NCBI GenBank assembly: GCA_021443885.1
Contig: JABUSW010000194.1
Location: 1-56,939, forward strand
Length of the DNA stretch: 56,939 nucleotides
From: Blautia sp.
GTDB lineage: Bacteria; Bacillota; Clostridia; Lachnospirales; Lachnospiraceae
Direction of reading: 5' to 3'
Of the stretch, positions 22,901 to 31,784 are shown in pieces (position 1 is the first letter of the stretch; each line of letters starts with the position of its first letter). The notes beneath the pieces were generated by a model. That model was given only the letters and a program-made list of their open reading frames with translations. It made no database searches and had not been told where the DNA came from. The position numbers and the translations under genes are program-made.

Positions 22901-24409
22901 TTGATCTATGACCTGAAAAATGCAAATAAATATGCAGATATTTCCGTAAAACTGGTTTCCGAAGCAGGTGTTGGTACCATTGCTGCCGGTGTTGCAAAGG
23001 CAGGAGCACAGGTTGTCCTGATCTCCGGATATGACGGCGGAACCGGTGCTGCTCCGAAAAGCTCCATTCACAATGCCGGTCTCCCCTGGGAGCTTGGCCT
23101 TGCCGAAACCCACCAGACCTTATTAAGGAATGGGTTACGAAACCGTGTTCGTATCGAAACGGACGGAAAACTGATGAGCGGCCGCGACGTTGCCATCGCT
23201 GCTTTATTAGGTGCAGAAGAATTCGGATTTGCCACAGCCCCCCTTGTTACCATGGGCTGTGTCATGATGCGCGTCTGCAACCTGGATACCTGCCCGGTGG
23301 GTGTCGCAACCCAGAATCCGGAACTTCGCAAACGCTTCAAGGGAAAACCGGAATATGTAGAAAACTTTATGCGGTTTATTGCACAGGAGCTGCGGGAATA
23401 CATGGCACTCCTGGGAATTCACTCCGTGGATGAAATGGTGGGAAGAACCAATCTTCTGGTGGTCAACCGGAATGTCTCCCAGCCACACCAGGGAAAGATC
23501 GACTTAACCTCTATATTAGAGAATCCGTACGCCGTATCCGGGGAAAAAGTAACCTTTGACCCAAAAGCCGCCTATAACTTCGAACTGGAGAAAACACTGG
23601 ACGAAAAAGTTCTGATCAAAAAATGCAGAAAAGCAATTCAGATCGGTCAGAAAATGAAGCTGGAGCTTGAAGTCACCAATACGGATCGTACCTTCGGTAC
23701 CAATCTCGGTTCTGAAATCACAAGGCTTCATAAAACAGGCCTTCCGGAGGATACCATTACACTTTGCTGTAAAGGTGCCGGCGGGCAAAGCTTTGGGGCC
23801 TTTATACCAAAAGGTCTTACCATCGAGTTGACCGGTGACAGCAATGACTATTTCGGAAAAGGTCTTTCCGGAGGAAAGCTTATCGTAAAGGCTCCGGAAA
23901 ACGCAGCGTACAAACCGGAAGAGAATATCATTATTGGCAATGTTGCATTGTACGGCGCCACCAGCGGAACCGCATTTATTAACGGTGTGGCCGGGGAACG
24001 TTTCGCCGTTCGCAATTCCGGTGCATATGCCGTTGTGGAAGGAGTCGGAGAACACGGCTGTGAGTATATGACCGGAGGACGTGTTGTTGTCCTGGGAAGA
24101 ACAGGCAAAAACTTTGCTGCGGGAATGAGCGGCGGAATTGCATATGTACTGGATATTGACAATGTTCTATATCGCAACATCAACAAGTCCATGATCTCTA
24201 TAGAAGAAGCAGACAACAATAATGACCGGAAAGAGCTTTTTGACCTCATTAAGACCCATACCGAGGCCACCGGTTCTGCTCTCGGTGCAAAGATTCTGTC
24301 TGATTTTGACAGCTACCTGCCGCACTTTAAGAAACTGATTCCTTATGAATACAAAAAGGCCATCGCTTTGGGTACTAGTCAGGAAGATACAGATAAAAGA
24401 GGTGAATAA
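19907..24409 (+). CDS. gltB: Glutamate synthase large subunit
   Basis: EHDNCGIG, HSRFSTNT, HNGEINT, EPWDGPA, MSYGSIS, AQGAKPGEGG and C..C....CP 3Fe-4S motifs. Confidence 0.98.
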   Translation: MNAASSSGSGLYRPEFEHDNCGIGAVVNIKGRKTRETVENALRIVENLEHRAGKDAEGKTGDGVGILLQISHSFFRKECSKIGIPLGEERSYGIAQIFFPQQEIRRAQAKKMFEIILEKEGLPLLGWREVPVIPGVLGHKAADCMPYIMQAFIQKPSGIEKGLAFDRRLYIARREFEQSNDNTYVVSMSSRTIVYKGMFLVGQLRTFFQDLQSPDYDSAIAMVHSRFSTNTNPSWERAHPNRFIVHNGEINTIRGNADKMLAREENMESPYLKDSLHKVLPVVNRNGSDSAMLDNTLEFLVMSGMELPLATMICIPEPWSNNNTISQEERDFYQYYATMMEPWDGPASIVFSDGDVMGAVLDRNGLRPSRYYVTSDGYLILSSEVGVLPIPEEKIILKERLHPGKMLLVDTVKGEVIDDTRLKESYAHKHPFGEWLDRNLVQLKDLRIPNERIEEYSEEELARLQKAFGYTYEQYRTSILNMALNGSESISAMGVDTPLAVLSRQNRPLFDYFKQLFAQVTNPPIDAIREKIVTGTSVYVGRDGNLLKAQPQNCQVLKIHNPILTNTDLLKIKNIKTPGFRTAVVSTLYYKSTKLERAIDRLFVEVDKAFREGANILILSDRGVDENHMPIPSLLAVSAVHQHLVKTKKRTSLAIILETGEPREVHHFATLLGYGASAINPYLAQETIRELIQTHMLDKDYYAAVDDYNNAVISGIVKIASKMGISTIQSYQGSQIFEAIGISDKVIEKYFTGTVSRVGGITLEDIENTVETLHSEAFDPLGLSTDLTLDSVGAHKSRSQGEEHRYNPATIHLLQQSTWTGSYDLFKEYTAKVDAEGHGNLRGLLDFKYADTPLSLDEVESVEDIVKRFKTGAMSYGSISQEAHETLAIAMNHLHGKSNSGEGGESDERIDSAGTGQDRCSAIKQVASGRFGVTSSYLVSAREIQIKMAQGAKPGEGGHLPASKVYPWIAKTRHSTPGVSLISPPPHHDIYSIEDLAQLIYDLKNANKYADISVKLVSEAGVGTIAAGVAKAGAQVVLISGYDGGTGAAPKSSIHNAGLPWELGLAETHQTLLRNGLRNRVRIETDGKLMSGRDVAIAALLGAEEFGFATAPLVTMGCVMMRVCNLDTCPVGVATQNPELRKRFKGKPEYVENFMRFIAQELREYMALLGIHSVDEMVGRTNLLVVNRNVSQPHQGKIDLTSILENPYAVSGEKVTFDPKAAYNFELEKTLDEKVLIKKCRKAIQIGQKMKLELEVTNTDRTFGTNLGSEITRLHKTGLPEDTITLCCKGAGGQSFGAFIPKGLTIELTGDSNDYFGKGLSGGKLIVKAPENAAYKPEENIIIGNVALYGATSGTAFINGVAGERFAVRNSGAYAVVEGVGEHGCEYMTGGRVVVLGRTGKNFAAGMSGGIAYVLDIDNVLYRNINKSMISIEEADNNNDRKELFDLIKTHTEATGSALGAKILSDFDSYLPHFKKLIPYEYKKAIALGTSQEDTDKRGE

Positions 24410-24411
24410 TC

Positions 24412-25896
24412 ATGGGAAAACCAACTGGATTTATCGATTATCAGAGGGAAACCGCTCAGGTTCTCCCTCCAAAGGAAAGAATCAGAAACTTCAAAGAGTT
24501 TCGTATTCCACTGTCACAGGAAAAGCAAAAGCTTCAAGGTGCCAGATGCATGTCATGCGGTGTTCCCTTCTGCCAATCCGGTTCCACGCTGGGTGGGATG
24601 ACTTCCGGCTGTCCGCTTCATAATCTTGTTCCGGAAACCAACGATCTGGTCTATCACGGCAATTGGAAACAGGCTTATGCCAGACTCAGCAAAACCCACA
24701 GCTTTCCGGAATTTACCTGCCGTGTGTGCCCGGCCTTATGTGAAGCTGCATGTACCTGCAATCTTTACGATGAACCGGTAGCTACAAAGGAAAATGAAAA
24801 AGCAATTATCGAAACCGCTTTTTTCTCCGGCTGGGTTACGCCACAGCCACCGAAAGTGCGAACCGGAAAATCCATCGCCATCGTTGGAAGCGGGCCCTCC
24901 GGGCTGGCAGCAGCCCAGCTTCTGAACCGAAGAGGGCATGATGTAACGATATACGAAAGAAGCGACCGGCTGGGCGGTCTTTTGCGATATGGTATTCCGA
25001 ATATGAAACTGGAGAAGTCCGTAATTGATCGACGGCTGGCCATCCTGGAAGCAGAAGGTATAAAATTCATCACCAATGCAAATATTGGAAAGGATATCCC
25101 GGCAGAAGACCTGAAGAACCGATATGACCGTATTCTGCTCTGCTGCGGTGCTTCCAATCCCAGGGATATCAAAGTCCCCGGAAGAGAATCAGAGGGAATC
25201 TTCTTTGCCGTAGATTTCCTTGGAATGGTGACAAAGAGACTGCTGGATTCTGATTTTGAAAAGCTGCCGGACGAAATGGTAAGAAAGAAGCATGTGATCG
25301 TAATCGGCGGCGGAGACACCGGAAATGACTGTGTCGGCACTTCGATTCGTCTGGGAGCCGCCTCTGTCACACAGTTAGAAATGATGCCCTGCCCCCCGGC
25401 AGAACGGACCGCTTCCAATCCCTGGCCGCAATGGCCCCGGGTTCTGAAAACAGACTACGGTCAGGAAGAAGCCATTGCTGTATTTGGACAGGATCCCCGA
25501 ATCTATCAGACAACAGTAAAGGAATTCCTCGCAGATCAGAACGGACACGTGAAAGAAGCTGTTCTTGTCAAACTGCAAAGTGCCAAGGATGAAAATACCG
25601 GCCGTATGAATATGGTTCCCGTGGAAGGAAGCGAACAGACCATTCCGGCAGACCTGGTCCTGATTGCAGCCGGTTTCCTTGGAAGTCAGAAATATGTCAC
25701 GGAAGCATTCGGTGTTGCCACCGATGCCCGAAGCAATGTAGCGACCCCGGACAATCCCTACGAAACCTCCATACCCGGAGTCTTTGCAGCCGGTGATATG
25801 CGCCGCGGACAATCCCTGGTGGTATGGGCGATTCAGGAAGGCAGAGAAGCTGCCAAAGCAGTTGACCAATCCCTGATGGGATACACTTATTTATAA
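24412..25896 (+). CDS. gltD: Glutamate synthase small subunit
   Basis: ARCMSCGVPFC, GCPLHN, GSGPSG, GGGDTGNDC and AGDMRRGQSLVVWAI motifs. Confidence 0.97.
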   Translation: MGKPTGFIDYQRETAQVLPPKERIRNFKEFRIPLSQEKQKLQGARCMSCGVPFCQSGSTLGGMTSGCPLHNLVPETNDLVYHGNWKQAYARLSKTHSFPEFTCRVCPALCEAACTCNLYDEPVATKENEKAIIETAFFSGWVTPQPPKVRTGKSIAIVGSGPSGLAAAQLLNRRGHDVTIYERSDRLGGLLRYGIPNMKLEKSVIDRRLAILEAEGIKFITNANIGKDIPAEDLKNRYDRILLCCGASNPRDIKVPGRESEGIFFAVDFLGMVTKRLLDSDFEKLPDEMVRKKHVIVIGGGDTGNDCVGTSIRLGAASVTQLEMMPCPPAERTASNPWPQWPRVLKTDYGQEEAIAVFGQDPRIYQTTVKEFLADQNGHVKEAVLVKLQSAKDENTGRMNMVPVEGSEQTIPADLVLIAAGFLGSQKYVTEAFGVATDARSNVATPDNPYETSIPGVFAAGDMRRGQSLVVWAIQEGREAAKAVDQSLMGYTYL

Positions 25897-25930
25897 TTGA
25901 CGCTAATCTTATTTTTGTATAAATCCTCAT

Positions 25931-25983
25931 CAGGAAAGGAGCACCTCCCACTTCTGGATTCAGTGGGCAGATGCTCCTTTCTG
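25931..25983. terminator. Hairpin between the convergent gltD and gatD genes
   Basis: AAAGGAGCA..CCCACT / AGTGGG..TGCTCCTTT inverted repeat overlapping the gatD stop codon. Confidence 0.6.
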
Positions 25984-26712
25984 CTTCATACGCCGCTGCA
26001 TATCCTGATGCGCTGCGTTTTCATATTTATCTTCCAGTGGTTCCAATTCCAGGTTCGGATACTTATAGCGCAGTGCCGTCCGCAAAATACGATCCGCAAG
26101 AAGAGGATTTTTCGGCAAAACCGGTCCATGACTGTATGTGGCAAATACATTTTTGTACCTTGCCCCCTCCGTCTGGTCTTTTCCATTATTCCCATAGCCT
26201 GCCAGTATTTTCCCCATAGGCCGGACCCCTTCTCCCAGATAGGTTCGTCCGGAATGGTTTTCAAAACCAACGATGGTCATACCGCCATCCTGCTCATCCA
26301 TCCGGTACATATAATTCCCGATCATACGTTTCCTGCCTCCTATCGTATAAAGGTCTACTGCACCGATAAAATCACATTGGTGTCCATCCCAGGTCTTATA
26401 ATAATTTCCCAGCATCTGATATCCTCCGCAGATTGCCAGAAAAGTCTTCTCCTCTTCCACAGCGTTCCGAATCTGCTGTGCTTTTCCTTTGGCAAGATCC
26501 TGCAGCAAAACTTCCTGTTCGAAGTCCTGGCCTCCGCCAATAAAAAACAGATCATAGTCATTTACATTTAAGGGGTCCCCTACCGAGACCCCTGTTACAT
26601 TCGCTTGAATTCCTCGCCACTGCAGCCTTCTCTGCATGCAGAGGATATTACCCCGGTCCCCATACAGATTCAGGACATCCGGATACAAATGGCATATTCT
26701 CAATTCATACAT
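25960..26712 (-). CDS. gatD: Lipid II isoglutaminyl synthase, glutaminase subunit (CobQ-like class I GATase)
   Basis: NLYGDRGN, GGGQD, AICGGYQMLG, GFENHSG and YSHGPVLPKN motifs; adjacent to murT. Confidence 0.9.
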   Translation of the reverse strand: MYELRICHLYPDVLNLYGDRGNILCMQRRLQWRGIQANVTGVSVGDPLNVNDYDLFFIGGGQDFEQEVLLQDLAKGKAQQIRNAVEEEKTFLAICGGYQMLGNYYKTWDGHQCDFIGAVDLYTIGGRKRMIGNYMYRMDEQDGGMTIVGFENHSGRTYLGEGVRPMGKILAGYGNNGKDQTEGARYKNVFATYSHGPVLPKNPLLADRILRTALRYKYPNLELEPLEDKYENAAHQDMQRRMKQKGASAH

Positions 26713-26739
26713 AATCGATTACTCCTCTTTTGGAAATCC

Positions 26740-28110
26740 CTATTCCCAAAACTCCTTAAAACCATACTTGCTGCTGAATTTCTCTCGTATATCCAGCATC
26801 GCCGTATATGTCGGCATCAGATATACCGGCATCTTCTGCGCAATCATCTCCTGGATCACCGTATCATAATCCGGTATGACCCGAATCTTCTCCATTGGAA
26901 TTCCGGCATACTGAAAGCGCATAGCCATCTCATTTGCGCGGATGCCAGTGGTCCAGACACCGGTCAACCGTTCGGAAATATCTGCCAGCTTCTCAAAGTC
27001 CACATCCCAGATCCAGGAAATGTCGGTTCCATCCGCGTCCCGGTCATTCAATGCGGCGACAAACAATGCCGGCTCTGTAAGATTGCTGAGAAAGTTCAGA
27101 ACCTGATTGCATCCCGCCGGATTCTTGATCAATATCATGCGAATATCAGTACCTTGCACCGTGAATTTCTCCATTCGTCCAAAGCCGCATTCAAACTGAT
27201 TCAACGAATCGATCAGAAGTGCATCCTTCATATGCAGCACTTTTCCGACTGCCACAGCCGCAATTGCATTGTAAATGTTATAACCGCCGGGCAGATTGAT
27301 AAAGGTCTCATAGGATTTTCCATCCACGGAAATCTCAACCTGTGATCCATCCGGTGTATACTTCAGAACACGTTTTACCGTTATGGAAGTATCCGGTCTG
27401 TGATAACCGCAATGAGGACAGCGAAAACCGCCCAGATGTCCGAAGGTCCTGTAATCATACTCATATTCGGTCTTGCATTTGATGCAGTATGGTGCATCCG
27501 ATACTTCCTGCACTTTGTTCTTGTAGATCTCACATTCTACGCCATAGAAACGCACCGGGTTTGGAATCTGTTCCTGTAAGGATACGCTTAACGAACAATC
27601 TGCATTCAGGCATACCACCGCATTTACGGAATTTTGGATCCCTTCCAGAATGAAATTCAGAGTATGGGTAACTTCTCCATACCGATCCAGCTGGTCACGG
27701 AAAATATTTGTTACCACGATGCACTTTGCATCCACATATTTACTGACGGTCCGAAAGGCAGCTTCGTCACACTCGATCAAAGCATATCTGCATTTGCTTT
27801 TCCCGTTAATTCCTGCGTGCATTGCAAACTCTGCGGTGATACCGCTTAACATATTCGCTCCGGATTTATTGGCAAAATAGTTCCAATTTGCATTTATCAG
27901 GCTTTTTTCAATCATTCTGGAAGTGGTGGTTTTTCCATTGGTTCCGGTGACAATGATAGTAGTTACATTCTTTGCCAGAACTCCAAGAAGATCCGGCTGG
28001 ATCGCCAATGCCACTCTGCCTGGTACATTGGTTCCGCCTTTTCCCAGAATACGCAGGATAAAACGCGTCAGCTTGCACGCACTGACTGCACATACTGTCT
28101 TAAGTCCCAT
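26740..28110 (-). CDS. murT: Lipid II isoglutaminyl synthase, Mur-ligase subunit (DUF1727)
   Basis: VTGTNGKTTT, GANMLSG, NIFRDQLDRYGE, CxxC..CxxC Zn finger, LIKNPAG, DGTDISWIWDVDFE and PTYTAML motifs. Confidence 0.92.
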   Translation of the reverse strand: MGLKTVCAVSACKLTRFILRILGKGGTNVPGRVALAIQPDLLGVLAKNVTTIIVTGTNGKTTTSRMIEKSLINANWNYFANKSGANMLSGITAEFAMHAGINGKSKCRYALIECDEAAFRTVSKYVDAKCIVVTNIFRDQLDRYGEVTHTLNFILEGIQNSVNAVVCLNADCSLSVSLQEQIPNPVRFYGVECEIYKNKVQEVSDAPYCIKCKTEYEYDYRTFGHLGGFRCPHCGYHRPDTSITVKRVLKYTPDGSQVEISVDGKSYETFINLPGGYNIYNAIAAVAVGKVLHMKDALLIDSLNQFECGFGRMEKFTVQGTDIRMILIKNPAGCNQVLNFLSNLTEPALFVAALNDRDADGTDISWIWDVDFEKLADISERLTGVWTTGIRANEMAMRFQYAGIPMEKIRVIPDYDTVIQEMIAQKMPVYLMPTYTAMLDIREKFSSKYGFKEFWE

Positions 28111-28118
28111 AATCCTTC

Positions 28119-29957
28119 TTACTCCACTGTTACACTCTTGGCAAGATTTCTGGGTTTATCCACATCAAGACCTCTCGCAACACTGACATAATACCCCAGC
28201 AGCTGCAGCGGGATCACTGCCAGAGATGCCGCAAAATGCTCGTCTGTCTTCGGAATATAAACCGTAAAATCTACCGTATCTTCAATGCTATAATTTCCAT
28301 ATGAGGTCAGTCCCAACAGATAACCTCCACGGCTCTTCACTTCCACCATGTTGCTGACCATTTTCTCAAAGAGGTCTCCTTGTGTCAGAACATTGATCAT
28401 TAAGGTCCCCTGTTCCACCAGTGAGATCGTTCCATGCTTCAGCTCACCGGCAGCATACGCCTCACTGTGGATGTAACTGATCTCTTTCATCTTCAGACTG
28501 CCTTCCAGACCAATGGCGTAGTCCAGGCCTCTGCCCAGGAAAAAGATATCCTTTGATGCAGCAAATTTCGATGCAAACCACTGAAGACGTTCCTTATCGT
28601 CCAGGATTCGTTCGATTTTGCCCGGCAAAGCTTCCATTTCTCCAATCAGAGAGTGGTATTTCTCTTCTGTGATCTGCCCGCGGACCTTTGCCATTTGCAT
28701 TGCAAGACAGTATATGTTAATAAGCTGCGCAGAATATGCTTTTGTGGTAGCCACCGCAATTTCCGGACCCGCCAGCGTGTAGTATACAAAATCGGCCTCT
28801 CTTGCTATGGAGCTTCCCACTACATTTACGATGGCCAACGTCTTGATGCCCTGGGCTTTTGCTTCCCGCATCGCCGCCAGAGAATCCGCCGTTTCTCCGG
28901 ACTGGCTGATGATGATTACCAGATCCTGCGGATGCAGAATGGGTTTGCGATAACGGAATTCCGAAGCGAGTTCAACACGAACCGGGATCCGGGCCAGATC
29001 CTCGATTACATACTGTGCCACCATCCCCACATGATAAGCAGAGCCGCAGCCAATCAGCTGAATCTGATGAATGTTCTGGATCTCTTCATCACTCATACCT
29101 ACTTCCGAAAGATTCAGTTCCCCATCCTTGCATACCGACGCGATGGTATCCCTCACTGCCTTTGGCTGCTCATGGATCTCCTTCATCATGAAATGTTCGA
29201 ATCCGCCTTTTTCTGCAGATTCTGCATCCCACTGGATCTGAACCATTTCTTTTTCAATCTCGTCACCATCGATGTTGAAAAATGAGATCTCTCCCTCTTT
29301 CAGCTGCGCCATTTCCATATTGCCCATGTAATATACATTACGGGTATATCTCAAAATAGCCGGAACATCCGACGCTATAAATGCTTCGTTATTCTCTACG
29401 CCAAGGATCATTGGGCTGTCTTTTCTGGCTACAAAGATCTGTCCCGGAAAATCCTTGAACATCACTGCCAATGCATAGGAGCCGCGGATACGGACCATGG
29501 TTTTGGCAATGGCATCGATGGGTCCCATTTTATATTTTTTATAGTAATAATCTACGTATTTGATCAGGGCTTCCGTATCCGTCTGCGTCTGAAACTGATA
29601 TCCTTTTCGGGTCAGCTTCTCTTTGATTTCCTGATAAGATTCGATGATCCCATTGTGAACGCCCACAACATTCATATCATCACTGCAATGAGGATGCGCA
29701 TTGTTCTCAGATGGTTCCCCATGGGTAGCCCATCTGGTATGCCCGATTCCACAGGTACCAATGACAGCGTTCCCCTCATTGGTTTTCTCCGCCAGATTTT
29801 TCAGCCTGCCTTTTGTCTTTACCACCACCGGTGCGCTGTCTCCATCACGAACTGCAATACCGGCGGAATCATATCCTCTGTATTCAAGCTTTGCCAGTCC
29901 GTCCAGAAGAATCGGGGCTGCATTTTTGCTTCCGCAATATCCTACTATTCCACACAT
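28119..29957 (-). CDS. glmS: Glutamine--fructose-6-phosphate amidotransferase
   Basis: MCGIVG, LEYRGYDSAG, HTRWATHG, SQSGETAD and DKPRNLAKSVTVE motifs. Confidence 0.98.
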   Translation of the reverse strand: MCGIVGYCGSKNAAPILLDGLAKLEYRGYDSAGIAVRDGDSAPVVVKTKGRLKNLAEKTNEGNAVIGTCGIGHTRWATHGEPSENNAHPHCSDDMNVVGVHNGIIESYQEIKEKLTRKGYQFQTQTDTEALIKYVDYYYKKYKMGPIDAIAKTMVRIRGSYALAVMFKDFPGQIFVARKDSPMILGVENNEAFIASDVPAILRYTRNVYYMGNMEMAQLKEGEISFFNIDGDEIEKEMVQIQWDAESAEKGGFEHFMMKEIHEQPKAVRDTIASVCKDGELNLSEVGMSDEEIQNIHQIQLIGCGSAYHVGMVAQYVIEDLARIPVRVELASEFRYRKPILHPQDLVIIISQSGETADSLAAMREAKAQGIKTLAIVNVVGSSIAREADFVYYTLAGPEIAVATTKAYSAQLINIYCLAMQMAKVRGQITEEKYHSLIGEMEALPGKIERILDDKERLQWFASKFAASKDIFFLGRGLDYAIGLEGSLKMKEISYIHSEAYAAGELKHGTISLVEQGTLMINVLTQGDLFEKMVSNMVEVKSRGGYLLGLTSYGNYSIEDTVDFTVYIPKTDEHFAASLAVIPLQLLGYYVSVARGLDVDKPRNLAKSVTVE

Positions 29958-29994
29958 TTTCTATTCTCCTCTTAACTACCTTTCTTAGATTCTT

Positions 29995-30041
29995 AAAAAA
30001 AAGACACTTCGAGCCTCATCTTCTCAAAGCGCCTTTGCTTT
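29995..30041 (-). promoter_or_regulatory. glmS leader: AAAGC-AAAGGC-GCUUU hairpin overlapping an intrinsic terminator (ANTAR-like)
   Basis: Hairpin at 30026-30041; terminator AAAGGCGCUUUGAG/CUCGAAGUGUCUUU ending in a U8 tract. Confidence 0.75.
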
Positions 30042-30231
30042 CCTGTTATAGATAATTACTTTTTGCTGATATACAAAATGATTATTGCATATTTTTCAGG
30101 TTTTCGCAACCAAAATCATTCCTCATAAGTGAGGATTCATATCCCGGCTGTCTCTTACAACGCTTTTGCTGCCCGCCTTAATTGCAATCAGACATCGGCT
30201 TCCTTGTTGCTTTCCAGTCATGCGGACATTA

Positions 30232-31701
30232 TTATATCGGCTTTCGGTTGCTCAGGAGGCAGACCGTCTCCACATGAACGGTTTCGCAAAACTGATCAAT
30301 ACAGCAGGCGCGTACCACCCTGTATCCGGCTGCCTGAAAGCTTTCCAGATCTCTTGCAAGGCTGGTGGCTTTGCAGGAAATGTATACGATGTTTTCCACG
30401 CCATAAGCCAGGATCTTCGGCAGAGCTTTGGGATGGATACCATCCCGGGGAGGATCCAGAATGATCACATCCGGTTTCTCTGTTACTTCATCCAGCACCT
30501 TTAGCACATCGCCGGCGATGAAGCGGCAATTGGCAAGACCGTTTAATTCTGCATTTGCTTTTGCTGCTTCCACAGCCTCCTCCACAATTTCCACGCCGAT
30601 GACCTCTTTTGCAACGGGTGCAGCCAGCTGGGCAATCGTGCCGGTACCGCTATACAGATCAAACACCTCCAGATCTCTGGTATCTCCCAGATAATCCCGA
30701 ACGGTGGAATACAGCACCTCCGCCGCCAATGTATTGGGCTGAAAAAAAGAAAAGGTACTGACCTTGAAGCGCAGCCCCAGCAATGTTTCATAAAAATGGT
30801 CCTGCCCATACAGGATTCTTGTTTCGTCACTTTTTACCACATCCGACAAAGAATCATTGAGCAGGTGCAGGATTCCGACGATCTGCCCCTGCAATTTAAG
30901 GGCCAGCAATGCCTCCTTCAGAGGTTGCAGATCGTGTTCTTCCTGGGAGGTCGTCACCAGATGCACCAGCAGATCGCCATTGGTAACACTTCTGCGCAAT
31001 AGCAGATGGCGTAAGTAACCCACATGCTGCAATTTTCTGTGATAAGATACATTTCGTTCCTGAAAGAACGTCAGAACGCAGGTCAGGATCTTCGTCATAT
31101 CTTCGTGAACCAGCTTACAATCCGAAGCTGTCAAAACATCATAGGTGCTTCCTTTTTTGTGAAGTCCCAGGGACAAGGGACCGTCTTTGTATGCATCCCC
31201 AAAAGAGAATTCCATTTTATTCCGGTAGGCAAATTCAATGGGACTTCCCTTAATTCCATCCCACAAAGGCACTGTATGACCGGACACTTGCTGCCCCGCC
31301 TGTCCGCATTGTGAACCGGATCCTGCTGCAGTCTGTTTTCCATCCGTAATCCTCTTGCTGCAGTCTGCAAATCCATAGCCCATGGCTGTCTCCAGCAAAT
31401 TACGCACCTGGGTCTCTTTCATTTTCAGCTGCGCTTCGTAGGACATGGTCTGATACATGCAGCCGCCGCATGCCGGAAAAATACTGCATACAGGATCACG
31501 CGTCTCCAGGGGGGATTTTTCCAGCACCTCCAAAAGCCGACCTTCCGCTTTACCGGAACGTTTCTTCTGGATCATAAAACGGATCCGCTGCCCGGGAATC
31601 CCGTTTTTCACTATCACCTTGTGATCATCGATTCTTACGATTCCTTTGTTGGGATACTCTATGGCCTGGATGATCCCTTCGTATATTTCACCTTTCTTCA
31701 T
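30232..31701 (-). CDS. rlmD: 23S rRNA (uracil-1939-C5)-methyltransferase
   Basis: TRAM domain, C.....CGGC Fe-S motif, YRNKMEF, SFFQPN, DLYSGTG, DPPRDG, YISC and HVETV motifs. Confidence 0.94.
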   Translation of the reverse strand: MKKGEIYEGIIQAIEYPNKGIVRIDDHKVIVKNGIPGQRIRFMIQKKRSGKAEGRLLEVLEKSPLETRDPVCSIFPACGGCMYQTMSYEAQLKMKETQVRNLLETAMGYGFADCSKRITDGKQTAAGSGSQCGQAGQQVSGHTVPLWDGIKGSPIEFAYRNKMEFSFGDAYKDGPLSLGLHKKGSTYDVLTASDCKLVHEDMTKILTCVLTFFQERNVSYHRKLQHVGYLRHLLLRRSVTNGDLLVHLVTTSQEEHDLQPLKEALLALKLQGQIVGILHLLNDSLSDVVKSDETRILYGQDHFYETLLGLRFKVSTFSFFQPNTLAAEVLYSTVRDYLGDTRDLEVFDLYSGTGTIAQLAAPVAKEVIGVEIVEEAVEAAKANAELNGLANCRFIAGDVLKVLDEVTEKPDVIILDPPRDGIHPKALPKILAYGVENIVYISCKATSLARDLESFQAAGYRVVRACCIDQFCETVHVETVCLLSNRKPI

Positions 31702-31716
31702 ATATCCTCCAAGAAA

Positions 31717-31743
31717 ATAGCTCCGGCGATCTCCGGAGCTAAT
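31717..31743 (-). terminator. Hairpin between the small membrane protein gene and rlmD
   Basis: AGCTCCGG-N-CCGGAGCT with ATTTTCTT following on the minus strand. Confidence 0.55.
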
Positions 31744-31784
31744 CTCTATCTTCCTAAATATTAATCTAAATACTAATCTGAATA

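Noticed and set aside
25897-26571. 224-aa plus-strand ORF directly after gltD
   Set aside because: Antisense to gatD, TTG start without an RBS, no motifs.
30026-30036. AGCGCC resembling the glmS ribozyme cleavage site
   Set aside because: It is on the strand opposite to glmS and the rest of the ribozyme core is missing; it is the reverse complement of the AAAGGCGCU hairpin.
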